Shown here: piece after piece, positions 41,209 through 51,249 of the stretch
Numbering within the stretch: the first letter of the stretch is position 1
How the letters are laid out: each line of letters opens with the position of its first letter
DNA from: Candidatus Bathyarchaeota archaeon
GTDB taxonomy: Archaea; Thermoproteota; Bathyarchaeia; Bathyarchaeales; Bathycorpusculaceae
Direction of reading: 5' to 3'
NCBI GenBank assembly: GCA_963739305.1
Contig: CAVTZU010000020.1
Coordinates: 1-64,000 of the forward strand
Length of the DNA stretch: 64,000 nucleotides
Made by a program: the position numbers and the translations under genes
The notes under the pieces: generated by a model
Database searches by the model: none
Told to the model about the DNA's origin: nothing
What the model saw: the letters and a program-made list of their open reading frames with translations, nothing else

Positions 41209-41759
41209 TGCCAGAATACGATGTCTACGTCAACGGCAAACCTAGAAAAATCGAGTTAACAAGAAGTGGAGATGATTCCTACGCAGCCAAAATCGACGGC
41301 AAGTCCCGTAGCTTCTCAGTACCCAAGAAGGCACTTGCAGGGAACAAATCCTTCACCATCAAACTAGACGGAAAACCATACCAAATCGAATTTGCGAAAA
41401 CAGACCAGCCCAAAGAAATCTCGATAACAGTTGACAGAACAACTTTCAAAACTGAGGTTAGAATTCCAGCAAGAAAAGCAGCGTTTGCATCGTTTGAACC
41501 GACGACAACTGTGACGAGAAGAGCAGTCGCAAACAAGCAGATCCTTGAAGGTGCGATAAACGCTCCTATGACAGGGAAAATAGTCTCAATCAAAGTCAGC
41601 AAAGGAGACAGCGTGAAAACGAATCAAGTCTTATGCGTCATTGAAGCCATGAAGATGGAGAATGAAATCGCGGCGTCAAAAGCTGGCATAGTAAAGGAAG
41701 TGCTTGTTTCTGTCGGTTCACCTGTCAGTGAGGGCGACCCGTTGGTCGTAATTGCTTAG
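41205..41759 (+). CDS. Biotin carboxyl carrier protein
   Basis: APMTG...EAMKMENE. Confidence 0.92.
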   Translation: MMPEYDVYVNGKPRKIELTRSGDDSYAAKIDGKSRSFSVPKKALAGNKSFTIKLDGKPYQIEFAKTDQPKEISITVDRTTFKTEVRIPARKAAFASFEPTTTVTRRAVANKQILEGAINAPMTGKIVSIKVSKGDSVKTNQVLCVIEAMKMENEIAASKAGIVKEVLVSVGSPVSEGDPLVVIA

Positions 41760-41823
41760 ATCTCATCCGTAAAGAAAAGCCTCAGCTGACACCCGCCGCA
41801 AGAGGGCGCTGAGTCAGGTCTCA

Positions 41824-43578
41824 TCAGAAAATGGAGAGCGGCTTGTACTCACCGAAGATCTCCCGCAGCGTTCCGCATATTTCTCCCAGAGACGCATACT
41901 CCTTCACTGCGCTCAGTACTAGTGGCATCAGGCTCTCGTTTTCGTGCTCAGCCGCATTGCGCAAACGGTTCAGTGCCTCATCCACTTTGGACCGGGTTCT
42001 CTGTCTCTTCGTCATCTCCAACTGCTCGACCAGCCGTTTTTCTATCGCAGGGTCAATTCTCAACGTCTTGATAGGAACTTCGTCCTGACCCACAAAATCG
42101 TTTACTCCTACAACGATTCTTCTCTTCGCTTCAACTTCCTTCTGAAAACGATACGCGCTTTCAGTGATCTCCTTCTGCATGAAACCCTTCTCGATCGCTG
42201 CTACCGCCCCGCCCATTCCGTCAATCTGCTCCACATACCTCTGTGCCCTCTCTTCAATCTCACTGGTCAAGGATTCGATGTAGTACGAACCCGCAAGCGG
42301 ATCAACTGTGTCAACTGTTCCGCTCTCGTAGGCGATTATTTGCTGCGTCCTTAAGGCGACCATTACCGCTTGTTCGCTGGGCAAAGCATAGGCTTCGTCG
42401 AACGAGTTCGTATGCAGCGACTGGGTCCCTCCAAGCACGCCTGATAGAGCTTGCATTGTTACGCGCACGATGTTGTTGAAAGGCTGCTGAGCCGTTAGCG
42501 CCACGCCCGAGGTCTGAGTGTGGAACCGAAGCATCCACGAGTTAGGGTTCTTAGCCTTGAACCTTTCCCGCATGATCTTTGCCCACAGTCGCCGTGCCGC
42601 GCGGAACTTGGCGACTTCCTCAAAGAAATTATTGTGAGCCGCGAAGAAGAAAGACAACCGCCCTGCAAACTTGTCAACGTCGAGACCGCGGTCTATGGCT
42701 GCTTGCACGTATGCGATCGCGTTTGCGAAGGTGAAAGCCACTTCTTGAACTGCCGTTGCGCCTGCTTCCCTTATGTGGTAGCCGCTTATGCTTATCGTGT
42801 TCCACTGAGGCATGTTCTGGCTGCAGTAGACAAATATGTCTGTGATCATACGCATCGAAGGTTTAGGCGGAAAAATGTACATGCCTCTGGCTACATATTC
42901 CTTGAGCACATCGTTCTGAACCGTGCCGCCTAACCTGGCTTGATCTATACCCTGCTTCTGCCCAACCGCTACGTACATGGCCAGCAAAACATTTGCCGGC
43001 GCGTTAATCGTCATTGAGGTTGTCACTTTGTCAAGAGGAATTCCCTCAAACAGAGTCTCCATGTCTCTTAGGCTGCTTGAGCTCACGCCGACTTTTCCAA
43101 CCTCTCCCAGGGCTAATGGATGGTCACAGTCGTAACCGACCTGCGTGGGAAAATCAAAAGCCACGCTTAAACCAGTCTGCCCATGTTCCAGTAGGTACTT
43201 GAACCGTTTGTTCGTGTCCTCTGCCGTTCCAAAACCGGCGTACTGCCGCATCGTCCACAACCGAGCACGATACATCGTGGTGTAAACCCCCCGTGTAAAC
43301 GGATACTCACCAGGAAAACCCGAGTTCTTAAGATAGTCCAGGTCCCTAACGTCCAAAGGAGTGTAGAGCCTGCTAACAGGTATACCCGAGGTCGTCGCGA
43401 ACTCACCTTTCTCAGGAAGCTTCTCGAGACTTTTCGCAGCGATCCCGTTCTCCCATTCGTTTTTCCGCCGCCGCAGTTCATGTAGGCTTTCTTTATCCGA
43501 CAAGGTCAAAGACACCCAGAGACAACACTGGTCAGCAAACATAAAAGAATTGTCAACAACAAACCCCAACATCGGCAC
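41824..43578 (-). CDS. Methylmalonyl-CoA mutase large (catalytic) subunit; start uncertain
   Basis: [42 protein letters not shown]. Confidence 0.93.
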   Translation of the reverse strand: MPMLGFVVDNSFMFADQCCLWVSLTLSDKESLHELRRRKNEWENGIAAKSLEKLPEKGEFATTSGIPVSRLYTPLDVRDLDYLKNSGFPGEYPFTRGVYTTMYRARLWTMRQYAGFGTAEDTNKRFKYLLEHGQTGLSVAFDFPTQVGYDCDHPLALGEVGKVGVSSSSLRDMETLFEGIPLDKVTTSMTINAPANVLLAMYVAVGQKQGIDQARLGGTVQNDVLKEYVARGMYIFPPKPSMRMITDIFVYCSQNMPQWNTISISGYHIREAGATAVQEVAFTFANAIAYVQAAIDRGLDVDKFAGRLSFFFAAHNNFFEEVAKFRAARRLWAKIMRERFKAKNPNSWMLRFHTQTSGVALTAQQPFNNIVRVTMQALSGVLGGTQSLHTNSFDEAYALPSEQAVMVALRTQQIIAYESGTVDTVDPLAGSYYIESLTSEIEERAQRYVEQIDGMGGAVAAIEKGFMQKEITESAYRFQKEVEAKRRIVVGVNDFVGQDEVPIKTLRIDPAIEKRLVEQLEMTKRQRTRSKVDEALNRLRNAAEHENESLMPLVLSAVKEYASLGEICGTLREIFGEYKPLSIF

Positions 43579-43607
43579 ATCAAGCTCACGACGTACACTA
43601 AGGCAAA

Positions 43608-43916
43608 GTGAGTGCGAAAACTGTTAGGAAATTGAAGAAGATTGAGAGGTCTGCGGGGTTCGTGAAAGGTGGGGTGATCATGTCCAAGAGTGGCTTTACA
43701 AAGGATGCGGAGCGAGAAGCCAAGAGACACGGCATCAAGACGCTCAAATATAAACAGAAGAGAACAATTGATGAATGTTTCTTTCTAGGCGATTATGAAT
43801 GCCTGCACCAAGAGGGAAGAGGGGAGAAAGAACGGCAGAGAAACAAAGGCGGGTCATGGAGAAGAAAACCTTCTGACGCTGACAAGAAGAGAAAGAAGAA
43901 CAACGATTGGTGGTAA
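43608..43916 (+). pseudogene. Possible Mrr-like restriction endonuclease C-terminal fragment
   Basis: VSAKTVRKL...GVIMSKSGFTKDAEREAKRHGIKTL; no N-terminal catalytic part visible. Confidence 0.5.
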
Positions 43917-44053
43917 TCGTGCGCGCCAGGAGAGCCAGGACTTATTATTCGACAACGCCCGGTTTGACGGGAATACGTAATGGAGGAGTGGAGATTTAGG
44001 TGCACGCTTTGCCTTCCGAGTTCTTCTCAATAATGAACAAGCTACGATGTACA

Positions 44054-45109
44054 TTATTCTTTATCGTCGTGTTTTGCTGGCAGTGATTCAAGTCTTTTCT
44101 TGAAGGATGCTGCAGATTGGTCATCGGCGAGTATGTATAGAAAATCTCCTTTTTGCAGTTCAAAGTTGTCGGTCATATTGTGAATTATCTCGCCATTTCG
44201 GTAGACCAACAGTACTGGATCGCCTCTATCTATGTCTCCATACTTTATTCCTTGAGAAGTGATTTCGAATCCAACGACGTATTTGGATTTGAGCTTTTCA
44301 GATAATACTATGCCGGCCACTTCATTAGAAATTACCGAAGATGCTAGCATTTTTCCTATTAAGTCGTAGATGGGTGCAACCTTGTCTGCTCCTGCAGCCT
44401 TAGCACTTTCTACTAGCTCCTTATCATTTATGATGGAGACAGCATGGATGTTTTTGTTGAGCTTCTTGGCGCTCAAAACGGCAAGCATATTATCTCCGTC
44501 GTCATCAAAGGTGGATATTAGGTAGCGAGCTTTCTCCACCCCAGCCTTCTTAAGAGTCTCATAAATGTGTGTAGTCGGTCCCCCCACAGCCGCTATTCCA
44601 TCCTTTCTAAGCATTTCAAGTTGATCGTTATCCTTTGCTATGACAACGAACTCCAAGCCTAGCGACTTCAGACTATCGACAACGTACTTGCCTAGGAATT
44701 TGTAACCTACAACTATCACGTGATTCTTCATTCTGCTTACCCTCCTTGTTGTTATTTTCTCAGCTCGCAGCTCGCTCTTCAGAGCAACCGTAAATGTCCC
44801 TTGGACAAGGGAAGCTGCTGACCCAACGCTAAGTATGAAAACTACTATTAGAAGAGCCTTTTCAGAAGCTGGCATAGTGAGAATGCCAGGATTGTAGATC
44901 CCTATAGTCGTGATCGTTGAAACAGCTCCGAGAAGAGCGGTCAACGGGTCCAGCCCCTGATAATATATGAAAATCAAAGCTCCGAAAACAAACATCGAGC
45001 CCAATATTGAAAGTTGAATCCAAACAGATTTGACAATATAAAACGGTGTGTATGCCATAAGATCTAGCAAATCTCTTAGTTTTCTCACGGCAACTTCTCT
45101 GCAAGGCAT
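44054..45109 (-). CDS. Potassium-channel-like protein with RCK/TrkA-N domain
   Basis: 2 TMs around STITTIGIY, then NHVIVVGY Rossmann RCK. Confidence 0.85.
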   Translation of the reverse strand: MPCREVAVRKLRDLLDLMAYTPFYIVKSVWIQLSILGSMFVFGALIFIYYQGLDPLTALLGAVSTITTIGIYNPGILTMPASEKALLIVVFILSVGSAASLVQGTFTVALKSELRAEKITTRRVSRMKNHVIVVGYKFLGKYVVDSLKSLGLEFVVIAKDNDQLEMLRKDGIAAVGGPTTHIYETLKKAGVEKARYLISTFDDDGDNMLAVLSAKKLNKNIHAVSIINDKELVESAKAAGADKVAPIYDLIGKMLASSVISNEVAGIVLSEKLKSKYVVGFEITSQGIKYGDIDRGDPVLLVYRNGEIIHNMTDNFELQKGDFLYILADDQSAASFKKRLESLPAKHDDKE

Positions 45110-45224
45110 GTTATTTAGTTCTAGTAGACGGCTCAGAAACGATTAGGTTGCTCCATCCATAAGTGGATTGCGTTTGGCACGTAGTATTGCTAGAAATTCT
45201 CCTTGAAGCGCGCACTCTTTCTGT

Positions 45225-47036
45225 TCAGGAGTGTGGTTCGCTAATTTCTTTGACGCTTCCTGAAAGTTTAACCTCTTCAAGTCTTGACCTGATCTCTATG
45301 TTGTAAATTCGCCCGACGTCTTCTCGTGTGATTATGCCAATCAGCTTCATGCTGCCCCTTTGCTCAATAACTGGCAGACGTCCGATCTGATTACTAGTCA
45401 TCTTGTCAAAAGCCGTGTAAAGACTCTCATCAGGAAACGCCGTGACAAGCTCTTTCGTCATTACGGAGCTTACCATAGTCGTTGCTCTCTGGTCTGGATG
45501 AATCTGAAGAATATCCGTAAGCGTAACCATACCCACAAGTCTGCCGTTATCATCCAAGACTGGCACACCTTTTATTCCGTTCTTTGCCATTATCTCAGCG
45601 ACCTCTGAAAGCAGTGAGTTGGGGGTGGTTGTGATGACCTTTTTGGTCATTGCGTCTTTGACGAAGAGCTTCTGCATTAGGGGGATGGAGTATTCACCCT
45701 GGTGGGCTGGCGACTCGGCCCTTGATTGAACCTGGCTTCTATAGATCGTGTTCCTTCCTGTGATTACGTAGGCAATGGCGGTGGCTATCATTGAGGGAAC
45801 CAACAGAGTTAATCCTCCGGTCATTTCGCTAACCATGAGTATGACGGCAACAGGCACCTTGCCCACGCCTCCGAAAAATGACATCATCCCCACTATCACG
45901 AATGCGGCCAGGCTCGGACCGAAATTTGGCAAAACTCCGTCGAGGAACATCCAGAGGACTGTTCCCAGCAAGCCGCCTATCACCAAAGCTGGTGCGAAGA
46001 CTCCTCCGCTTCCTCCTGAGCCTATTGAAAGAGACGTGGCAACTATTTTGGCTACGATAATAATTGGAATCAAGGTGAGCGGGAGCAAGGCAAAGTTGCC
46101 GTTCATTGCTATCTGCAGCCAACCGTAGCCCATACCGAGCACCTGCGGGAGAAACATTCCAATAACACCCACTAAAAATCCTCCTAGAGCCGGCTTCAAG
46201 AAGCTCGGTATCCCTAGACGCTGAAAAAGGGTCCGTGTGCCGTAGAACCCTCTGACGTACACGATGCCAACTAAACCGCAGATTATGCCCAAGACAGCGT
46301 ATAGTGGCAGATCAAGCGGGTCGCTGAAGGCACGTAGATTCATGTAGCCAAATATGGGCGTCCATCCAGCAAATGATGCGAATATACTGTATCCCACGGT
46401 CGAAGCTATGAAAGCTGGCAGCAATGTCTCCACCTCAAAGTCTCCCATGTAAAGAATCTCAGCGCTCATTAGGGCCCCTCCAAACGGCGCCTTGAAGATG
46501 GAGCCTATCCCTGAACCTATGCCGACTGCAACTGCGATTCTTCTGTCGTGTAAGCTAAGATGAAGTCTCCTGCTCAGGAAGGAACCGAAGCCTGCCCCTA
46601 TCTGCGCTGTCGGACCTTCCCTGCCTGCACTTCCGCCAGACCCGATCGTTAACGCCGAGGCCAGAAGCTTAACGAAAGGTATTCTGGATCGAATCTCACC
46701 CTTTTTATTGTGAAAAGCGTCTATTGCCGCGTCAGTTCCGTGGCCCTCGGCTTCTGGTGCAAAGCCGTAGACGAGTATACCACAGACGAGCCCTCCAAGA
46801 GTAGTTATCAACGGAATCAAGTAGAGACGGGGCGAGACTGATCCTAAGCTTCCGCCTTCTCCGACTGGCGAAGGAGGAAAAAACCCAGTAACGCCGCCGA
46901 GTAGGATCGTGCTTGTGAGGCTAATTGCTTCATAGAAAAGAATACTCCCTATTCCGCTGACCGCACCTATCAAAAGAGCGATCGGAACCCATTTTCTAAG
47001 ATAACCAAGCTCGTGAGAAGCTCTGGGGGACTTCAC
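45225..47036 (-). CDS. CLC chloride channel/antiporter with CBS pair
   Basis: GHGTD, GREGP, GGVFAP, C-terminal CBS domains. Confidence 0.93.
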   Translation of the reverse strand: MKSPRASHELGYLRKWVPIALLIGAVSGIGSILFYEAISLTSTILLGGVTGFFPPSPVGEGGSLGSVSPRLYLIPLITTLGGLVCGILVYGFAPEAEGHGTDAAIDAFHNKKGEIRSRIPFVKLLASALTIGSGGSAGREGPTAQIGAGFGSFLSRRLHLSLHDRRIAVAVGIGSGIGSIFKAPFGGALMSAEILYMGDFEVETLLPAFIASTVGYSIFASFAGWTPIFGYMNLRAFSDPLDLPLYAVLGIICGLVGIVYVRGFYGTRTLFQRLGIPSFLKPALGGFLVGVIGMFLPQVLGMGYGWLQIAMNGNFALLPLTLIPIIIVAKIVATSLSIGSGGSGGVFAPALVIGGLLGTVLWMFLDGVLPNFGPSLAAFVIVGMMSFFGGVGKVPVAVILMVSEMTGGLTLLVPSMIATAIAYVITGRNTIYRSQVQSRAESPAHQGEYSIPLMQKLFVKDAMTKKVITTTPNSLLSEVAEIMAKNGIKGVPVLDDNGRLVGMVTLTDILQIHPDQRATTMVSSVMTKELVTAFPDESLYTAFDKMTSNQIGRLPVIEQRGSMKLIGIITREDVGRIYNIEIRSRLEEVKLSGSVKEISEPHS

Positions 47037-47171
47037 TTGTTCTTATCCTTCTCGAATATCCACTGCACAGTGAGGTCGGATATAAACGGCACGCACGCGC
47101 GCTACGAAAATATCTAAGTGGTCTAAATACATGGATGAGATCGGTTATCCTTGCGCGCGCGTTTAACGCGT

Positions 47172-47360
47172 TTATTCATATCGAAGCAAGTAGAGAGGCT
47201 TTGCGGCTTCCTTCTTATTCGTTTCCAAATTGAGAATGCTATTGCGTCGGTTCTCGTCACGTGAGTTCAGTCTTGGCACGCGTGCTCTTTTCCCGTTTGT
47301 TCTTTCTTTTGTCGCGTTCGCTTCTTCCGATGGTCCAGTTCTGTTTTCATTCCAAACCAT
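47172..47360 (-). CDS. Small hypothetical protein
   Basis: AGGAGG RBS and TTTATA box upstream; flanked by CG-run sites. Confidence 0.5.
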   Translation of the reverse strand: MVWNENRTGPSEEANATKERTNGKRARVPRLNSRDENRRNSILNLETNKKEAAKPLYLLRYE

Positions 47361-47557
47361 CTGTACTGATCCTCCTGAGAACTCCGCACCCTTGACTGTA
47401 TAGCGTATTCGATATAAATATTTCTATTTGACTATGAAGGCTCTCAGCGCGCGCCTCTCGACCAGTCTTTTGAAAGAACCAATCTTCGCCCGCTCCGCAA
47501 AGTATTCAATAAGACATACAAATGCCTAGAACAAAACCAGTCTTTCATGCGCGCTTA

Positions 47558-48160
47558 TCAACGTTGACCGTGTTTCGGTTTCTTTGTCTTTGGAAAGTCT
47601 TGCTTTAGATATGGACAGGCTTTGTCTTCTAAACGATCATAGTATCCTACTTCCCAGTGAGCGGAACTGATCAAGCCATATTCGGTGCATCCGAGCATCC
47701 AAGATACTAGGTGAGCCATCTCAACTCTTTCAGCAGAATTGAAGTAGCCCTCTCTGATCATCTCAACTGCTATTCTGCTCAGTCTGCTGAGAAAGCGGCA
47801 GAGGGCAGTGAATTTTTCAGGACCAGACTCGGCGATTCTTTTGTCAGGCTGCCAAGCGACATATTTCGCAAGTGGATTTTCTGCAATTGGGTCAACAGCA
47901 AACCTGTCTTTGGACAACACGGTTCCGAGCTTGAAAGCGACCTTGCTCTTGACAACCCGCACGTGTTGGGATTCCAGCAGCATACGAATGCTCAACACGA
48001 CATCATCGTCTATTCTGTCTCTGATTAGGAAGTGCAGATCTCTTACACCCTCAACGTCTTTCACGAAATCGTATAAACCTAGGAGTATGTTTCCAGTCTT
48101 GTCTGCCTTGCACCGCAGAACAGCGACACTCCAATTATCAACCGACATTATATCACTCAC
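47558..48160 (-). CDS. Hypothetical protein
   Basis: 200 aa ORF with globular composition. Confidence 0.7.
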   Translation of the reverse strand: MSDIMSVDNWSVAVLRCKADKTGNILLGLYDFVKDVEGVRDLHFLIRDRIDDDVVLSIRMLLESQHVRVVKSKVAFKLGTVLSKDRFAVDPIAENPLAKYVAWQPDKRIAESGPEKFTALCRFLSRLSRIAVEMIREGYFNSAERVEMAHLVSWMLGCTEYGLISSAHWEVGYYDRLEDKACPYLKQDFPKTKKPKHGQR

Positions 48161-48208
48161 ACGAGTTTATCTTCCGGTTTTTTCACGTGTTACAAAGACG
48201 ACCGGTTC

Positions 48209-48295
48209 TTATGGTCCTTGTTTGGCTTTTCTTCTTTCTTTCTTGCGCGCTCTTTCCCTGCGCTTCTTCTTTTTATTCCTTTTCTTGAATGGCAT
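48209..48295 (-). CDS. 28-aa Lys/Arg-rich peptide
   Basis: MPFKKRNKKKKRRERARKKERRKAKQGP*; GTGAGG RBS upstream. Confidence 0.45.
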   Translation of the reverse strand: MPFKKRNKKKKRRERARKKERRKAKQGP

Positions 48296-48794
48296 TTTTC
48301 CTCACTCTATACAAGGCAGGACTACTAAAAAGGATTACGTATTGCCTATAACAATAGCCAATGACAAATATTAAAGCTCAACAAGACCCCGCTATGACCT
48401 CGTCCAAGGCGCTGAGCGCGCGCGAGTGTAACGGTGAAGATCGACGGATGAGGTTTGACGCGCGCGCTGACAGAGTAACTTTGACATCATTGCGACAGCC
48501 AACATCGTGCACTTCTGTCTTTGGTAGCCTGTTAAGTTCATTCATGGCAATGATGTCGGTAGCGCGCGTGTCAGTATAACTAATTTACTATTACTATCGC
48601 CAATACGACAAACTTATAAGCAATCTTGTGCATAATACGCGTTGGCGCGTTTTTGTTCAGCGCCAAGGGAAGGACTGTGACCCTTTCATACACTTTGCGT
48701 TTCCTCAGAAGAGCTAAAGTAGAGCGATATTGCTACATTCCTCCACCCTTTCCTTCCCTCCCATTGGCGCGAGCGAACACCATCAGCGTGGACA

Positions 48795-49076
48795 TCAAAA
48801 AGGCTGAATCTCTATGATGATTTTCTTCACTGCTAATTCACAGATCTTTCTAATTCCCCTCTTGCCACTTTCATAGCTGACTTTTATCAGGTTTGTTTCG
48901 TGTAGTCTACGAACTTGTTCGCTGACATATGGTTGGCTTAGCTCAAGTCGCTGGGCTATCGTCGAAATGTCCAGATGTTCTTTTGAGAGTAACTGCAATA
49001 CTCGCAGACTCGTCGAGTTTAACGCGTCAGCAACCTTTAGGGCAGCTTCACCCGAAACAACAATCTCCGCAGACAT
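48795..49076 (-). CDS. ArsR-like HTH regulator
   Basis: LDISTIAQRLELSQPYVSEQVRRL...GKRGIRKIC. Confidence 0.85.
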   Translation of the reverse strand: MSAEIVVSGEAALKVADALNSTSLRVLQLLSKEHLDISTIAQRLELSQPYVSEQVRRLHETNLIKVSYESGKRGIRKICELAVKKIIIEIQPF

Positions 49077-49429
49077 TACGAACAGCTCTGTTTACCGTAT
49101 GAACTTCTTCAGCGTTTATAATGCTTGTGGGGTTTCCGATTAATATAACTATGCAGATATGCTTATTGGAGACATTTAGGACTGTATTCAATATAGCAAA
49201 ATAAGAGTATTTATAAGCAATTGTTTATATTCATTTGAGTCGTGTTATAAGAACAATACGAAAACTGAGGAGATGCAGAAGCATGCCGAGCAAACAAAAA
49301 AAGAAGAAAGCACTTCCAAAAAAGTACACGAAAAACAAGAAGTAACTCAACGAACCCAGACGTAATAACGCGTTATGCATTCGGGTTGCGCGCGCTAATG
49401 GCAAACTTGCAGGAAGGATATGAAGAAAA

Positions 49430-50824
49430 GTGGCGTTAGACCTCGTTCTGAGAGCTATTGTGACCATTTGCATTTTGGTTTTCTCAGCGAAGGTTCTGGG
49501 CGAGGTTTTCGCAAAAACAAAAATCCCCTCAGTGCTGGGTGAACTTTTCGCGGGAATCCTTCTTGGGCCTTACGCCTTCGGTGCAGTCATAGCGATAGGC
49601 GGCTCACCTGTAATCGAGCTAAACGAGATTGTCCGAGCGTTTGGAGAAATAGGCGGTATACTCATATTGTTCGTCGCCGGTTTGGAGATGACTCTCACTG
49701 ACTTTAGACGTGTTGGCGCATCTGGGTTCACCATAGGAACAGCAGGTGTCGTTTTCCCCTTCATTATGGGCTATGTTTTCTCCCTGCTTTTGGGCTTTAG
49801 CATGGGTGCAAGTCTTGTGATTGCCGCGGCTTTGGTGGCCACGAGTATTTCCATAACTTCACTGGTGTTGCAGGAACTCAAGCAGTCGCGAACAGTGGAG
49901 TCTAAGACAATGGTGAGTGCCGCAGTGGTTGACGACGTGTTAGGACTAGCAATTCTAGGCGTCATAGTTTCTTTCATATCAACTTCCGCGCCAATAAACC
50001 CGATAAACGTAGTTATCGTGATATTGGAGTCTCTTGCTTTATGGTTTGCCTTGGTGGTTTCCGCTTCAGTCATTCTGCCACGACTAATTAACTTAGCTTC
50101 TCGGGGGAAATCAGAGGAGACAGTCGAAGCTGCAGCCACGGCCTCGTGCTTCGGAGCTGCTGCCCTAGCCGCCTACATTGGGCTGTCACCGATCGTTGGC
50201 GCTTTTGCTGCGGGGATGGCGGTGGCAAGTTCTAAGGCGATTGAGAGGATTCGCGAATATGCCAAGAAAATAAGCACAATATTCTCCCCTGTTTTTTTTG
50301 CGCTAGCGGGCGCAGCCTTCAATTACCGAAGCTTCATAACTTCCGATCTGTTCTTCTACGTTTTCTTCATAGGGCTCGTTGCTATCGCCATACTGAGCAA
50401 GCTAGTCGGATGCGGTCTTCCAGCTTTCTTCTTCCTCAAAGACAAAAACAAAGCGATCAAAGTCGGCATAGGCATGATTTCCCGAGGCGAAGTGGGACTG
50501 ATAATCGCAGGAATAGCCATCACCTCAGACGTTATAACCCAAGGCACCTACACCGCGATCATAGGCATGATTATGATAACCACCATTTTGACGCCAATAT
50601 GGTTGAAAAGAGCCTACGACAAGTCTTCGGTTGAGCGTGAAATGCATTCGTTACCAACTGACAATCTTACAGAAACTTCTAAGGCCTGGTGCGCACTACA
50701 CACGTATTCAAAGTGCACCAATTTGATTCTGTTTACAGCTCAAAAACCACTTTGTGTAGGCCTACGCCGCGATCATAACAGGCTTAACAAATTCAATCCC
50801 GCCAACGACGTGCCCGCCTTGTAA
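49430..50824 (+). CDS. Cation:proton antiporter (CPA2/NapA-like)
   Basis: LGELFAGILLGP, AAVVDD, MISRGEVGL; the C-terminal tail may be extended. Confidence 0.9.
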   Translation: MALDLVLRAIVTICILVFSAKVLGEVFAKTKIPSVLGELFAGILLGPYAFGAVIAIGGSPVIELNEIVRAFGEIGGILILFVAGLEMTLTDFRRVGASGFTIGTAGVVFPFIMGYVFSLLLGFSMGASLVIAAALVATSISITSLVLQELKQSRTVESKTMVSAAVVDDVLGLAILGVIVSFISTSAPINPINVVIVILESLALWFALVVSASVILPRLINLASRGKSEETVEAAATASCFGAAALAAYIGLSPIVGAFAAGMAVASSKAIERIREYAKKISTIFSPVFFALAGAAFNYRSFITSDLFFYVFFIGLVAIAILSKLVGCGLPAFFFLKDKNKAIKVGIGMISRGEVGLIIAGIAITSDVITQGTYTAIIGMIMITTILTPIWLKRAYDKSSVEREMHSLPTDNLTETSKAWCALHTYSKCTNLILFTAQKPLCVGLRRDHNRLNKFNPANDVPAL

Positions 50825-50878
50825 CTGAAACAGATATATAACAACCATTCACTCTGAAACAGTCTGACCAAAGAGCCA

Positions 50879-51178
50879 GTGCATACATTGAAAATCAAAC
50901 TCGAATACCTCGGCCACGTAACAAACATGACAGGCAACGCAAGAACAGAAGAAATCACCATCAAGAACGACTCGTCAGTTGTTGATCTTCTCAACACCCT
51001 CACCTTGAGGTACGGTGAACCATTCAAGAAGGCAGTCTACGAACCCGGCCTCCCAGACCTAAAATCAAATTACGTCGCAACCGTCAACGGCCAACTGCTA
51101 AACCAGCTCAACGGCATTAACACTAAACTCAAAGACGGAGACCATTTCATTATAATGCCTGTCGTCAGCGGCGGCTAA
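50879..51178 (+). CDS. MoaD/ThiS ubiquitin-like (SAMP) protein
   Basis: C-terminal PVVSGG. Confidence 0.88.
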   Translation: MHTLKIKLEYLGHVTNMTGNARTEEITIKNDSSVVDLLNTLTLRYGEPFKKAVYEPGLPDLKSNYVATVNGQLLNQLNGINTKLKDGDHFIIMPVVSGG

Positions 51179-51249
51179 GCCAAAAAAGAGCAAAGCATTT
51201 TAACAAAGATCACGAACTTAACCATTCTTCCATTAACGGTGAAACAACA

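Noticed and set aside
47558-48160. Lantibiotic-dehydratase C-terminal-like protein with neighbouring peptides as a RiPP cluster
   Set aside because: Resemblance is weak, there are no other RiPP enzymes, and the peptides do not look like precursors
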